A DNA stretch of 64,000 bases from Macrostomum hystrix (Eukaryota > Animalia > Platyhelminthes), in assembly GCA_950097015.1 (NCBI GenBank), contig CATNEN010000039.1, forward strand, positions 4,588,001 through 4,652,000, in the 5' to 3' direction. The notes beneath the pieces are model-generated. The model was not told where the DNA came from, made no database searches, and saw only the letters and a program-made list of their open reading frames with translations. Numbering within the stretch: the first letter of the stretch is position 1; each line of letters starts with the position of its first letter. A program made the position numbers and the translations under genes. Positions 1 through 10,868 of the stretch are shown here, piece after piece.

Positions 1-1794
1 AGAAAAATTAGTTGTTGAAATTCTTAGAATTTTTAATGTGCAAGTTATTTTTTTAAAATAGAATTCATGATTCCATCAATAATGTTGTCATTCTGATTTT
101 GGATCACTTTATTGTCTTTATCTAAAAATAAATTAATACTTTTGGCACTAGCCTTATAAACTCAGGGTACCTATGTGGCACAGAATATCTAATTCTGAGT
201 TGCAAAAAAATTTAGTTTAGCCATATCATATCACCAATTAGACTAAAAACGGTTTCTTAATTTCTTATAATTGTCCTAAAGACAAAAGCTTTTGTCAATT
301 GCTAATAAAATATAATACTATATTACCTATCTATTATTAATTATTTCTATGCATTGTCTCTGAGAAATTTTGTGTATATCTAATACACAAGTTAGCCCAG
401 AGCCAGACAACGTTGATCTTGAGTTTTGGTGCAGGTTAGGAGCTCAGAGATGGTAGAGATACCAGTAATCGGCAAACATATAGTTTGATTCCAGTCACTA
501 TGGGCTAGTTGCAAAACTATTGGCACCAGTTTACTAGAAACCATGAGGGCCACAGATTCATTAGTATTTGTGGGCTATATACAGAGGTGCATATAGGCAA
601 TAGAGATTGTGTAAAGCTAGGCGTGTCAAGGGCTGCATAAGGTGGGGTGTTAAATGCAATTTATTCTGCCTTGCTAAAGTGCTAAAGTGCATAAGTACAG
701 TTAATGCTATAGCTACAGCTAAAACTCGGCTATGAGCAAGCAGTGAGATGTACATCGCATGTTTTTTAAAGAAAGTATAGTGCAGCTATGCATTTTTTGC
801 TTGTTTATTTGTATCATAAATCATTTTGACGTATCAGTTTGATCATCAGTGACTGGCTCTGCCAGAAAAGTGACCGTGTCTGCTACATTATACTGTTGAT
901 TTGTATGTAATTTTTTCCTTTTGGTTTTTAGTTGGAATTAATATCCTGTTAGTATAGAAGTCATAGATAACATTTTTTCTGCAGTTCTGCTGTAGCTTGG
1001 CGTAAATTTCCTTCCACAAGCTAGATTAACAGACTTACTTATGCTTTTTGAAGAAAACAGTACTATACTACTTTTTTACTACTTCTAGGTGTGAATTATT
1101 ATTTTTGTCCACTGAAACGTTGGAACTACGTTTTCTATGAAAGAAGTGCACACAAAGCACAACCGATCTCATTATCTGTCTCATGTGCAGTTCCAAACTG
1201 CTGCTGGACTGTACTGTGCGTGAGGCAACAATGAAGGTTAGACTTGAAATTCTGTGCTCAGCCACTCAACTCCAGTTTAGTTCTCATTGGCCTGGCACGC
1301 TGCCACTACTGTACCTAGGAAAAAGCGGGCAGAATGAGGTTGGGGGCTAATCTAGTTCTAGAAATTATTTTCATTCATTCACTGCTCTGCTCTCACTCAA
1401 TATGCTCATTTCTGTCCGTTCTTGTGTAAACATTCTGTCCACTCTGCTAACAAGCCCTGAACTGAGCTAAATCACCTTTATTTACTATTTTACCTGCATA
1501 TTGTGTGCTGTGTCTGTGTTTGTGAGAGAGAGACAGGTAGGCAACCCCAGGGTCTAGTTTCTATGCGGTCTGAACGCTTGATACGTGGCTCGTTGACACG
1601 TTCAAACAGTAGATTGTCTGTAGCGTTAAGTGCCCCCAATCGAATTATACTGTTATTAATCAACCAATCCTACCTGTCTATCTTGCTCTGTAGCCTTCTG
1701 TGTCTGACACTGAATAACTTTGAGCTAGTCCTGCAGTTAAAAGTTCGCTTATTACTTTTACTTTTAAGTAAAATTAAGAGTTTTTTAAGCTTGA

Positions 1795-2035
1795 GCTTCG
1801 GCGGAGAGAAGGCTTGGGGGCTTGTCGTGCAATTTTACGCCGTTAAGGGCCAACCTCCAAGGGCACAGTGAAGTGTACACTGCCTGACGATGAGAAAGTC
1901 AGGGCAGATGTACACACCTGTGAGTGAGAGTATATGCCTGCGTATGGTATCTAGTCAGCGAAATGGACAGAATTGCCTCCTCGCTGGCTTCGGGTCTAGT
2001 GTCACTAAATGATGTGCCGTTGCCCGCAGCCCTGC
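1795..2035 (+). mobile_element. Dispersed repeat, putative SINE body/3' part
   Basis: Homologous to the reverse complement of 42770-43030 (e.g. AGGGCCAACCTCCAAGG, AATTGCCTCCTCGCTGGC). Confidence 0.65.
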
Positions 2036-2092
2036 TGCAATAATAATAATTTTAAGCATGTAAGCTAATAAGCCTGAATCTATTTCAGCGCA

Positions 2093-3100
2093 ATGACTTC
2101 ATCGAATCAGTTTGATAAGCAGCAGCAGCCGGAGGTCAACTCGGACGACGACTCTAGCGACGATTCCGAGTACGTGCCAGACGAGGCAGAACTAGAAGAC
2201 GACGATCTTGACGATGATAGTCCGGACGATGAGGCTGACGATGATGTCGCTGATGTTGCTGCTTCTGCCAACGGTGACAGAAGGCCGATAAGAAAGCAAA
2301 CAAAGAAGTTAAAAAAGCGTGGCAAAGGCTCTCGGACTGTAGAACAATCAGTCTCAATCAATCGAATCAGGCGAGGCGGCATTCGGCTGGAAGGCGAGGT
2401 TGCTGACAAATCGCCGCTGGTGACTTCTCCGCAGCCACAGCCGCCGCCAGCTAGCGATGTCAGCCAGGAAGATTCGAAGATTGACGAACGCGAAAAGCGT
2501 CGGGCCGACGCTCTCTGGGCTAGCTTCCTGTCGGATGTTCGGCCCGCCGCATCTTCCGCATCGGCTTCGGCGTCTGATGCGGTTGCCAAGGCAACTGTTG
2601 CCAAGGCTGATAACTCTGCTAAAACAGGCACAATTAGTACTTGTGATGAATCAGTAGCGAAAAAAGCTTCGACTACTACTGAATGTCCCACCAGTTCGAG
2701 TAGTAGAGAGCCGGTGCGAACTAAAATATTCGACTTCGCCGGGGAATCCATCGCCGTACCGTTGGCATCGCCGTCTTCATCGTCAGCGCAAACCTCGTCT
2801 TCTGCGTCGGCTGCGAAGCGTCCAGCCGGAGCTGTTGGCAGAGGCGGCGGCGTGACGAGCCTCCTGGACCGGCTGACGAAGCGACCGAAGCTGTCGACGC
2901 TGGAGAAGTCCCGCCTGGACTGGGAATCCTTCAAATCCAATGAAGGCATCGGCGAGGACCTGGCGGCTCACAACAAAGGCAAAGCCGGCTATTTGGAGAG
3001 AAAGGCCTTCCTGGAGCGGGCGGATTATCGGCGCTACGAGCTGGAGCGAGACGCCAGGCTAGCCAGCAGCAGAGGACCACCCGCCGGTGGCAAGTCCTAA
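2093..3100 (+). CDS. CFDP1: Craniofacial development protein 1 / BCNT / Swc5 homologue (SRCAP/SWR1 subunit), single coding exon, 335 aa
   Basis: Acidic N-terminus (SDDSEYVP) and C-terminal BCNT domain KLSTLEKSRLDWESFK...GKAGYLERKAFLERADYRRYELER; tttcag acceptor just before the ATG. Confidence 0.93.
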   Translation: MTSSNQFDKQQQPEVNSDDDSSDDSEYVPDEAELEDDDLDDDSPDDEADDDVADVAASANGDRRPIRKQTKKLKKRGKGSRTVEQSVSINRIRRGGIRLEGEVADKSPLVTSPQPQPPPASDVSQEDSKIDEREKRRADALWASFLSDVRPAASSASASASDAVAKATVAKADNSAKTGTISTCDESVAKKASTTTECPTSSSSREPVRTKIFDFAGESIAVPLASPSSSSAQTSSSASAAKRPAGAVGRGGGVTSLLDRLTKRPKLSTLEKSRLDWESFKSNEGIGEDLAAHNKGKAGYLERKAFLERADYRRYELERDARLASSRGPPAGGKS

Positions 3101-3688
3101 GGCCTAGTCAGGGGATTCTAGATCTAGAACCTGAGGCAAGTCCTAAGGCCTAGTCAGGGGATTCTAGATCTAGAACCTGAGGCAAGTCCTAAGGCCTAGT
3201 TAGGGGATTCTAGATCTAGAACCTGAGGCAAGTCCTAAGGCCTAGTTAGGGGATTCTAGATCTAGAACCTGAGGCAAGTCCTAAGGCCTAGTTAGGGGAT
3301 TCTAGATCTAGAACCTGAGGCAAGTCCTAAGGCCTAGTTAGGGGATTATAGATCTAGAACCTGAGGCAAGTCCTAAGGCCTAGTTAGGGGATTCTAGATC
3401 TAGAACCTGAGGCAAGTCCTAAGGCCTAGTTAGGGGATTCTAGATCTAGAACCTGAGGCAAGTCCTAAGGCCTAGTTAGGGGATTCTAGATCTAGAACCG
3501 GGGGGAAGTCCTAAGGCCTAGTTAGGGGATTATAGATCTAGAACCTGAGGCAAGTCCTAAGGCCTAGTTAGGGGATTCTAGATCTATAACCTTTGAGGAA
3601 GTCCTAAGGCATAGTCAGGGGATTCTAGATCTAGAACCGGGGGGAAGTCCTAAGGCCTAGTCAGGGTATTCTAGATCGAGAACCTAAG
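3089..3688. repeat. 46-bp tandem repeat, ~13 copies, starting inside the last codons of CFDP1
   Basis: Unit GGCAAGTCCTAAGGCCTAGTTAGGGGATTCTAGATCTAGAACCTGA. Confidence 0.95.
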
Positions 3689-4121
3689 GAAATATAGCTA
3701 ATTCGCCATCTTGTCTCGAGTACTGTTTTTAATTGATATTTCCAGTTCTGCATACACTAATTATCTGCTTTAATCTATTGAATATGTCAAGTCGGTACAT
3801 GCTTAGTTATAAAGTGCCCAGTGTCATTCATAAGTATCTCAAGTCCCTGCTTCAATTAATGCTATCTGGCTACAATATTTGGCGTTAATTTTCCGGCATT
3901 TTTTGTTTAAATTTTGTCAAGCGTGCGTATCAGACTACTTATCTAAGTAGCCTATACTGCACAGAAGTAAAGCTATTCTTAAAAATAGTCTCGTTTTAAG
4001 TTGTCTTATTTTGTTTTCGCAAAACTGTGTTTTCTGTGAGTCAAGTTCAACTTTCAGCTGGGATTTTAGTTTGAGTTTAGCTCTTTAAATTCTAATTTGC
4101 AGCTATCAGGCTCAATCAGCC

Positions 4122-6198
4122 ATGACCAGTGCCTACCTGAAGAACCTGATGGGCGTGCCCGTTTCCGATGAAGAGTTGGAGAACATCCCGCACCCACACG
4201 TGGAGCTGGCTTTGCACACCACAATTCGCTTTATCCAGGTAAGCTTTCAGTCCAGCCTCGATATGAGTCAGGGGAGAAATTATTTGAGTTTGACAGTGGA
4301 GAGTAAGACAGGGGAGAGATATGGCAGTAGAGAGATGAGACGCAGGATTAAATAATTTCTGAAGTGGCTCAAATCCTTATGGATTCAGTCATCGTCTGAT
4401 AGCATCTAAAAGATTTCTGAAGCCCTTCAAATTTTATCCTCGATGTACCAGCTGATGTCACGAGCACACAACTAAATAACACAAGCCTAAATTCTCTTAT
4501 TACTATTGGAGCTGAGTTTAGAAACAGGGAGAGATAAGAGATGAGACACTGGGACAGATGAGACACTGGGACAGATGAGACACTGAGACAGATGAGACAC
4601 TGGGACAGATGAGACACTGAGACAGATGAGACACTGGGACAGATGAGACACTGGGACAGATAAAACACTGAGACAGATGAGACACTGGGACAGATAAAAC
4701 ACTGAGACAGATGAGACACTGGGACAGATGAGACGGAAGAGATGAGACAAGGGAAGAGTGGAGACACTGGGGCAGATGAGACAGGGAAGAGTGGAGACAC
4801 TGGGGCAGATGAGACGGAAGAGATGAGACAGGGAAGAGTGGAGACACTGGGGCAGATGAGACAGGGAAGAGTGGAGACACTGGGACAGATGAGACAGGGA
4901 AGAGTGGAGACACAGGGACAGATGAGACAGGGAAGAGTGGAGACACAGGGACAGATGAGACACTGGGACAGAAGAGACAGGGGAGAGATGACACAGCATA
5001 GAAGAGGCATATATCAGATAAGTGAGGGACATGAGGCATGGGGCTGTTTACAATTTTTAGATGCTCCGCGCATTCGCGGAATAACTGCTGCTGTGCCACT
5101 TGTTGCACATCAGATCCATCTAGATTAGCTTAATGTAAATAATTTTCTGTTTATCAAAGACCTGAGAGTACATTCTCCCGTGTTGCAGGCCGGCGCCTTC
5201 GTCGGCTCTCTGTTGGCGGCGCCCCTGGCAACGGCTATCGGCGGGCCCCGAACTCTGTCGGACCTGGCCGACCGGGCGCTGCGCTACGGCGTCACCGGGG
5301 CTCGCATCGGCGCCGTTATCGGCCCCCTGGCGTCCGTGATGGCAGTGCGCAAGGAGCCGGAAATTGCCGTGTACGACAGGGTCTACCGGCTCCGCTACCA
5401 CCCCTTCCAGGTCAGGGAGACCGGGACTCGCACCGGCATTGGGATATCTGATTTCTCATGGGTCAACTGACCCCTCTCTTGTATATTCTCCCAGTGGGTC
5501 AACTGACCCCTCTCTTGTATATTCTCCTAGTGGGTCAACTGACCCCTCTCTTGTATATTCTCCCAGTGGGTCAACTGACCCCTCTCTTGTATATTCTCCC
5601 AGTGGGTCAACTGACCCCTCTCATGTATATTCTCCCAGTGGGTCAACTGACCCCTCTCTTGTATATTTTCGAAGGGGGTCAACTGACCCCTCTCATGTAT
5701 ATTCTCCCAGTGGGTCAACTGACCCCTCTCTTGTATATTCTCCCAGTGGGTCAACTGACCCCTCTCTTGTATATTCTCCCAGTGGGTCAACTGACCCCTC
5801 TCTTGTATATTTTCGAAGGGGGTCAACTGACCCCTCTCATGTATATTCTCCCAGTGGGTCAACTGACCCCTCTCTTGTATATTCTCCCAGTGGGTCAACT
5901 GACCCCTCTCTTGTATATTCTCGAAGGGGGTCAACGGACCCCTCTTAAATGCCTCTTAGGTTTCTAGTCGCATTACGCAACCCAGTTTCCCTGGCCGCAT
6001 CCGCAGGTGCGGCACGATCGCTACTTCCTCATCGGGGCCAGCATTGGCGGCGCCAGCAACGGGCCGCAAGGCGCTCTGGTTGGCATTCTCAGCGGCATCG
6101 CTGTGGCCACAGCTTACAATACACTGCTAGCCGGTGGACACGACAAAGCCCCCAAGTATGGCGAGCTGAAGGCGAAGGTGGAGGCCGCTAGACAGTGA
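4122..6198 (+). CDS. DUF1757-family small membrane protein, paralogue A; exons 4122-4238, 5189-5410, 6007-6198 (176 aa)
   Basis: GT-AG introns give a continuous frame; YLKN..IPHP..E...HTT and YDRVYRLRY..QVR.DR motifs recalled from DUF1757; clear homology to the gene at 8067. Confidence 0.75.
4423..4510. repeat. Unclassified dispersed repeat; second copy at ~10460-10550
   Basis: ATGTACCAGCTGAT.TCAC.AGCACACAACTAAA...TTATTACTAT in both places. Confidence 0.6.
4530..4992. repeat. 17-bp-based purine-rich minisatellite (GAGACACTGGGACAGAT) in DUF1757-A intron 1
   Basis: Visible tandem array with longer variants. Confidence 0.9.
5458..5946. repeat. 36-bp tandem repeat in DUF1757-A intron 2
   Basis: GTGGGTCAACTGACCCCTCTCTTGTATATTCTCCCA, with GGGTCA/TGACCC hairpin. 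Confidence 0.95.
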
Positions 6199-6914
6199 GA
6201 TGGATACTCAACTATGGAATCTATTTTAGCTTTAATTAATGAACCTAATTAACGAGAGCTAACTAGTGTATATTATTCGTTACATTTGTATGTTTCGTTA
6301 AGTATCTTTTTTAGGTCAAAAATATTTTTTATTGTTTCGTTTTTTCGATGGCAAAAATGGCCAAATGATAGAAAAAATTGCTTATAATCAGCCTTTTTAA
6401 CTGCTCCTCTCATAATTGTTTTACTGAATTTGCTTTCAAACAACCAAGTAAAGATGTTTTTAACAGTGTATGTGAGCCATTGCGCAATTTTTATACCATG
6501 CTTATATTTATTGCTATTTAAAATACGTTACTAGGCCATTTTTTCTGATCAAGCTTGCAGCCTTACTGAATTCTAAAATACTTATTACTTATCATTCCAT
6601 ATCTGTTATCACTGTGTACTGTGAATTTTATCAACTATTTATAATTTAACAGTGTTTTCGAAATCCTACTCATAGTAGCAATGCACGTAAACGGCATTCT
6701 TTTTACCTATTCAACAAAAAAGTCTTCATTTGTATCAGTAGAACAGCCAGCAAAAGGTTCCTTATTGTAGATTCCGCTAATGATCCACTTTAATCTGCTG
6801 AATCATGTCAAAAATGTTTTTTAGGAAACTTACACCGTTTTTTCTTTTGATTCAGTTTCAGTTGAAAATTTTTTCTAAATACTGACTTTTCATTTTCTAA
6901 GATTTACTTCGTCC

Positions 6915-8000
6915 AATAGTTGGGATTTCAGTTTGGGTATTTGTTGGAATTTCAGTGTGGGTTATAGTTTGGATTTCAGTTTGGGTAATTGTTGGGATTT
7001 CAGTTTGAGTAATGGCTGGGATTTCAGTGTGGGATATAGTTAGGATTTCAGTTTGGGTAATAGTTAAGATTTCAGTTTGGGTAATAGTTGGGATTTCAGT
7101 TTGGGTAATAGTTGGGATTTCAGTTTGGGATATAGTTAAGATTTCAGTTTGGGTAATAGTTGGGATTTCAGTTTGGGTAATAGTTGGGATTTCAGTGTGG
7201 GATATAGTTAGGATTTCAGTTTGGGTAATAGTTAGGATTTCAGTTTGGGTAATAGTTGGGATTTCAGTTTGGGTAATAGTTAAGATTTCAGTTTGGGTAA
7301 TAGTTAAGATTTCAGTTTGGGTTATAGTTTGGATTTCAGTTTGGGTAATTGTTGGGATTTCAGTTTGAGTAATGGCTGGGATTTCAGTGTGGGATATAGT
7401 TAGGATTTCAGTTTGGGTAATAGTTAGGATTTCAGTTTGGGTAATAGTTGGGATTTCAGTTTGGGTAATAGTTGGGATTTCAGTTTGGGTAATAGTTGGG
7501 ATTTCAGTTTGGGATATAGTTAAGATTTCAGTTTGGGTAATAGTTGGGATTTCAGTTTGGGTAATAGTTGGGATTTCAGTGTGGGATATAGTTAGGATTT
7601 CAGTTTGGGTAATTGTTGGAATTTCAGTGTGGGTAATAGTTGGGATTTCAGTTCGGGTAATAGTTGGGATTTCAGTTTGGGCAATAGTTGGGATTTCAGT
7701 TTGGGATATAGTTAAGATTTCAGTTTGGGTAATAGTTGGGATTTCAGTTTGGGTAATAGTTGGGATTTCAGTGTGGGATATATTTAGGATTTCAGTTTGG
7801 GTAATTGTTGGAATTTCAGTGTGGGTAATAGTTGGGATTTCAGTTTGGGTAATAGTTGGGATTTCAGTTTGGGTAATAGTTAAGATTTCAGTTTGGGTAA
7901 TAGTTGGGATTTCAATTTGAGTAATGGTTGGGATTTCAGTGTGGGTAATAGTTGGGATTTCAGTTTAGGTAATGGTTAGAATTTTAGTTGAAGATTTAGT
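6915..8000. repeat. 24-bp intergenic minisatellite with a ~360-bp higher-order duplication
   Basis: GTTGGGATTTCAGTTTGGGTAATA; the variant pattern at 6961 recurs at 7321. Confidence 0.95.
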
Positions 8001-8066
8001 TTTAATTATTTCCAAAAAACTGATTCCTTCAGCCCAGCATCAGCAGCAGCAGCAGCAGCAGCAGCA

Positions 8067-9680
8067 ATGACTCTAGCGTACCTGAAGAACATGGCCGGCC
8101 TGACAGTGTCGGATGCGGACATGGAGGACATTCCGCACCCGTACCTGGAGCTGTACACCCACACCACTTACCGCGGCGTGCAGTTTGGTGTGTTCGTCAG
8201 CATGGTGATGGTGGCACCCGTGGTCACCGCCATTCGCGGTCCGCGCAACATCTCCGGCCTGGTCACGAGGGCTTTGAAATTCGGCCGCTTTGGCGCCTTG
8301 GCCGGCCTGCCCATTGGCCCGGCCATGACTATCAGCATGACCCGCAATGACCCCGAGCTGGCCATATACGACAGGCGAGTCCCTGGACAGGACTTGAACC
8401 AGGAATCGAACTGGGGATTAGACAGACAGGAATCAGATATTTGAGCTAATGGGGATTAGACAGTCAGGAATCAGATATTTGAGCATTAGGAAACTGGGGA
8501 TTAGAGAGTCAGCAATAAAATATTTGAGCATTGGAATACTGGGGATTAGACAGTCAGGAATCAGATATTTGAGCATTGGGATACTGGGGATTAGACAGTC
8601 AGGAATCAGATATTTGAGCATTGGAATACTGGGGATTAGACAGTCAGGAATCAGATATTTGAGCATTGGAATACTGGGGATTAGACAGTCAGGAATCAGA
8701 TATTTGAGCATTGGGATACTGGGGATTAGACAGTCAGGAATCAGATATTTGAGCATCGGGATACTGGGGATTAGACAGTCAGGAATCAGATATTTGAGCA
8801 TTGGGATACTGGGGATTAGACAGTCAGGAATCTGATATATGAGCATTGGGAAACTGGGGATTAGACAGTCAGGAATCAGATATTTGAGCATTGGGAAACT
8901 GGGGATTAGACAGTCAGGAATCAGATATTTGAGCATTGGGAAACTGGGGATTAGACAGTCAGGAATCAGATATTTGAGCATTGGGAAACTGGGGATTAGA
9001 CAGTCAGGAATCTGATATATGAGCATTGGGAAACTGGGGATTAGACAGTCAGGAATCAGATATTTGAGCATTGGGAAACTGGGGATTAGACAGTCAGGAA
9101 TCAGATATTTGAGCATTGGGAAACTGGGGATTAGACAGTCAGGAATCAGATATTTGAGCATTGGGAAACTGGGGATTAGACAGTCAGGAATCAGATATTT
9201 GAGCATTGGGAAACTGGGGATTAGACAGTCAGGAATCAGATATTTGAGCATTGGGAAACTGGGGATTAGACAGTCAGGAATCAGATATTTGAGCATTGGG
9301 AAACTGGGGATTAGACAGTCAGGAATCAGATATTTGAGCATTGGGAAACTGGGGATTAGACAGGAATCAGATATCTGAGCATTGGGAAACTGGGGATTAC
9401 AGGGTGCTCCCTCCATCTCTCCAGGTGCTACCGTCTGCGCTACAACTTCAACCAGGTGCGCCAGGATCGGTTCGGTGTTGCGAGCACCGTCGCTGGAGCC
9501 GCCATCGGAGGCATCAATGGTGCCCTGACTGGAGTTCTAGTCGGCATCCTGCTCGGTGCCATCTACAACACGGCGGTGGCGCTGCCGCATCAGAAGGCGC
9601 CAAAGTATGAACAGATCAAAGCCAAGGTTAAGGAGGCCAAAGAGCTGGCCAAGAAGGTTGCTGAGGGCAAGTCTGAGTAA
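8067..9680 (+). CDS. DUF1757-family protein, paralogue B; exons 8067-8374 and 9425-9680 (187 aa), GC-AG intron
   Basis: AG|GCGAGT donor and CTCCAG|G acceptor restore YDRCYRLRYNFNQVRQDR, collinear with paralogue A. Confidence 0.78.
8410..9402. repeat. 45-bp tandem repeat filling the DUF1757-B intron
   Basis: CTGGGGATTAGACAGTCAGGAATCAGATATTTGAGCATTGGGAAA. Confidence 0.95.
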
Positions 9681-10868
9681 TTATTTTCGGTGAACCTTTA
9701 CTGCGAACCTGTTTCGATTATTTCCGTTGCTAAGTGGGCGTTTTGTCGCAATCATGCGTTTTTCGTAGCTCCGAGAATAAAATCACAATTTATATTATTT
9801 TGGTCTTGACTGTTTCGTTTTTCGACTTGTTAAAGTAAAGTAATCAGTGCTTATTATAGTAAACTGTATGTTCTAGTTGACACAAGAGACATGTTAATAT
9901 CAGGGTTTCAAGAATTCTTTTCATAATTGAATTCGCCTAGCTGGTTGAGCCAGGCTTTGTTTGAGGAGCTTAATTGTAGAGATCGATTGCAGTTCCTGCT
10001 TATTTGCATGTTTTCCGATATCAATTATCTAGCCTTTTTCCTAGTAGGTACTCTTCATACTGACATCATTCTTATCATATTTTCAATTATTTATCGCCAG
10101 TTATTTATACAACAGTCTAGTATGCGCCCAAATCCATTTTTATTTTGTTTTTCGTTTCTCCTAGAAAATCTTCCTTGTGGCCTTATCGGCTAGAAGTACA
10201 TTTAGCAACATACTATCCTACTCACTGTCCATTTCAGTGTGGTATCGTGGGTTAGTCTGTTGGACTAATTAGAGCATTATAATTGCGTTGCTTTGTCGAC
10301 TCCACTTTTATATCTTGGACTTTCAACTTTCAACCTAATCACATAATTAGAACCATAAATCACAGTTAAAACATCTAACACATAAAAATAAGGCAGTAGA
10401 GATTAAGTCAGTAGACAGTAGAAAGTTAATAGAGAGATGAGACAGATGAGATGAGACAGCTGAAGCCCTGATAATTATGTTCCCCATGTACCAGCTGATA
10501 TCACAAGCACACAACTAAAAAACAGAAGGCAAAATTCCCTTTTATTACTATGTATGTATGTATGTATATGTATGTATGTACAAGCAATCTTAAATGGACA
10601 CCTCAGAGAACAATCAGTTTGTACTTTGTGCTTTTAAAGTACAAGTATAAAAAACAGGATAACTCTCGGTTGCGTAAATTTTCCACGACTTGGTAATAAT
10701 AAACTGCGGTGTTAGTTTAAGTTTAAATCTGTAAAATATATGACAGAAAGAACAATACAGAGGTCGATCAGCTTGTGAGAAGCGAGACTGCAGACACACG
10801 AATATTTTCGAATATTCGAACATTTTAGTGTGAATGGCAAAAATTGGAAAATAATGTGTCAGTTAAGG

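Noticed and set aside
1884-1900. CTGACGA...GAAA hammerhead-like core
   Set aside because: No room for stem II, and the motif is not conserved in the second copy
1971-1992. GCCTCCTCGCTGGC, identical to P3/L3 of the genomic HDV ribozyme (also in the 42808-42825 copy, minus strand)
   Set aside because: No P1 partner, no GG for P1.1 and no convincing P2/P4 in either copy; a covariance search of the SINE consensus would be needed
2107-2949. 280-aa antisense ORF (also 18143-18937 and 27747-28382)
   Set aside because: Shadows of GC-rich coding sequence on the opposite strand
5458-5946. CRISPR-like 36-bp palindromic repeats (also the 34-35-bp arrays)
   Set aside because: Head-to-tail with no unique spacers, intronic, eukaryotic, and no cas genes
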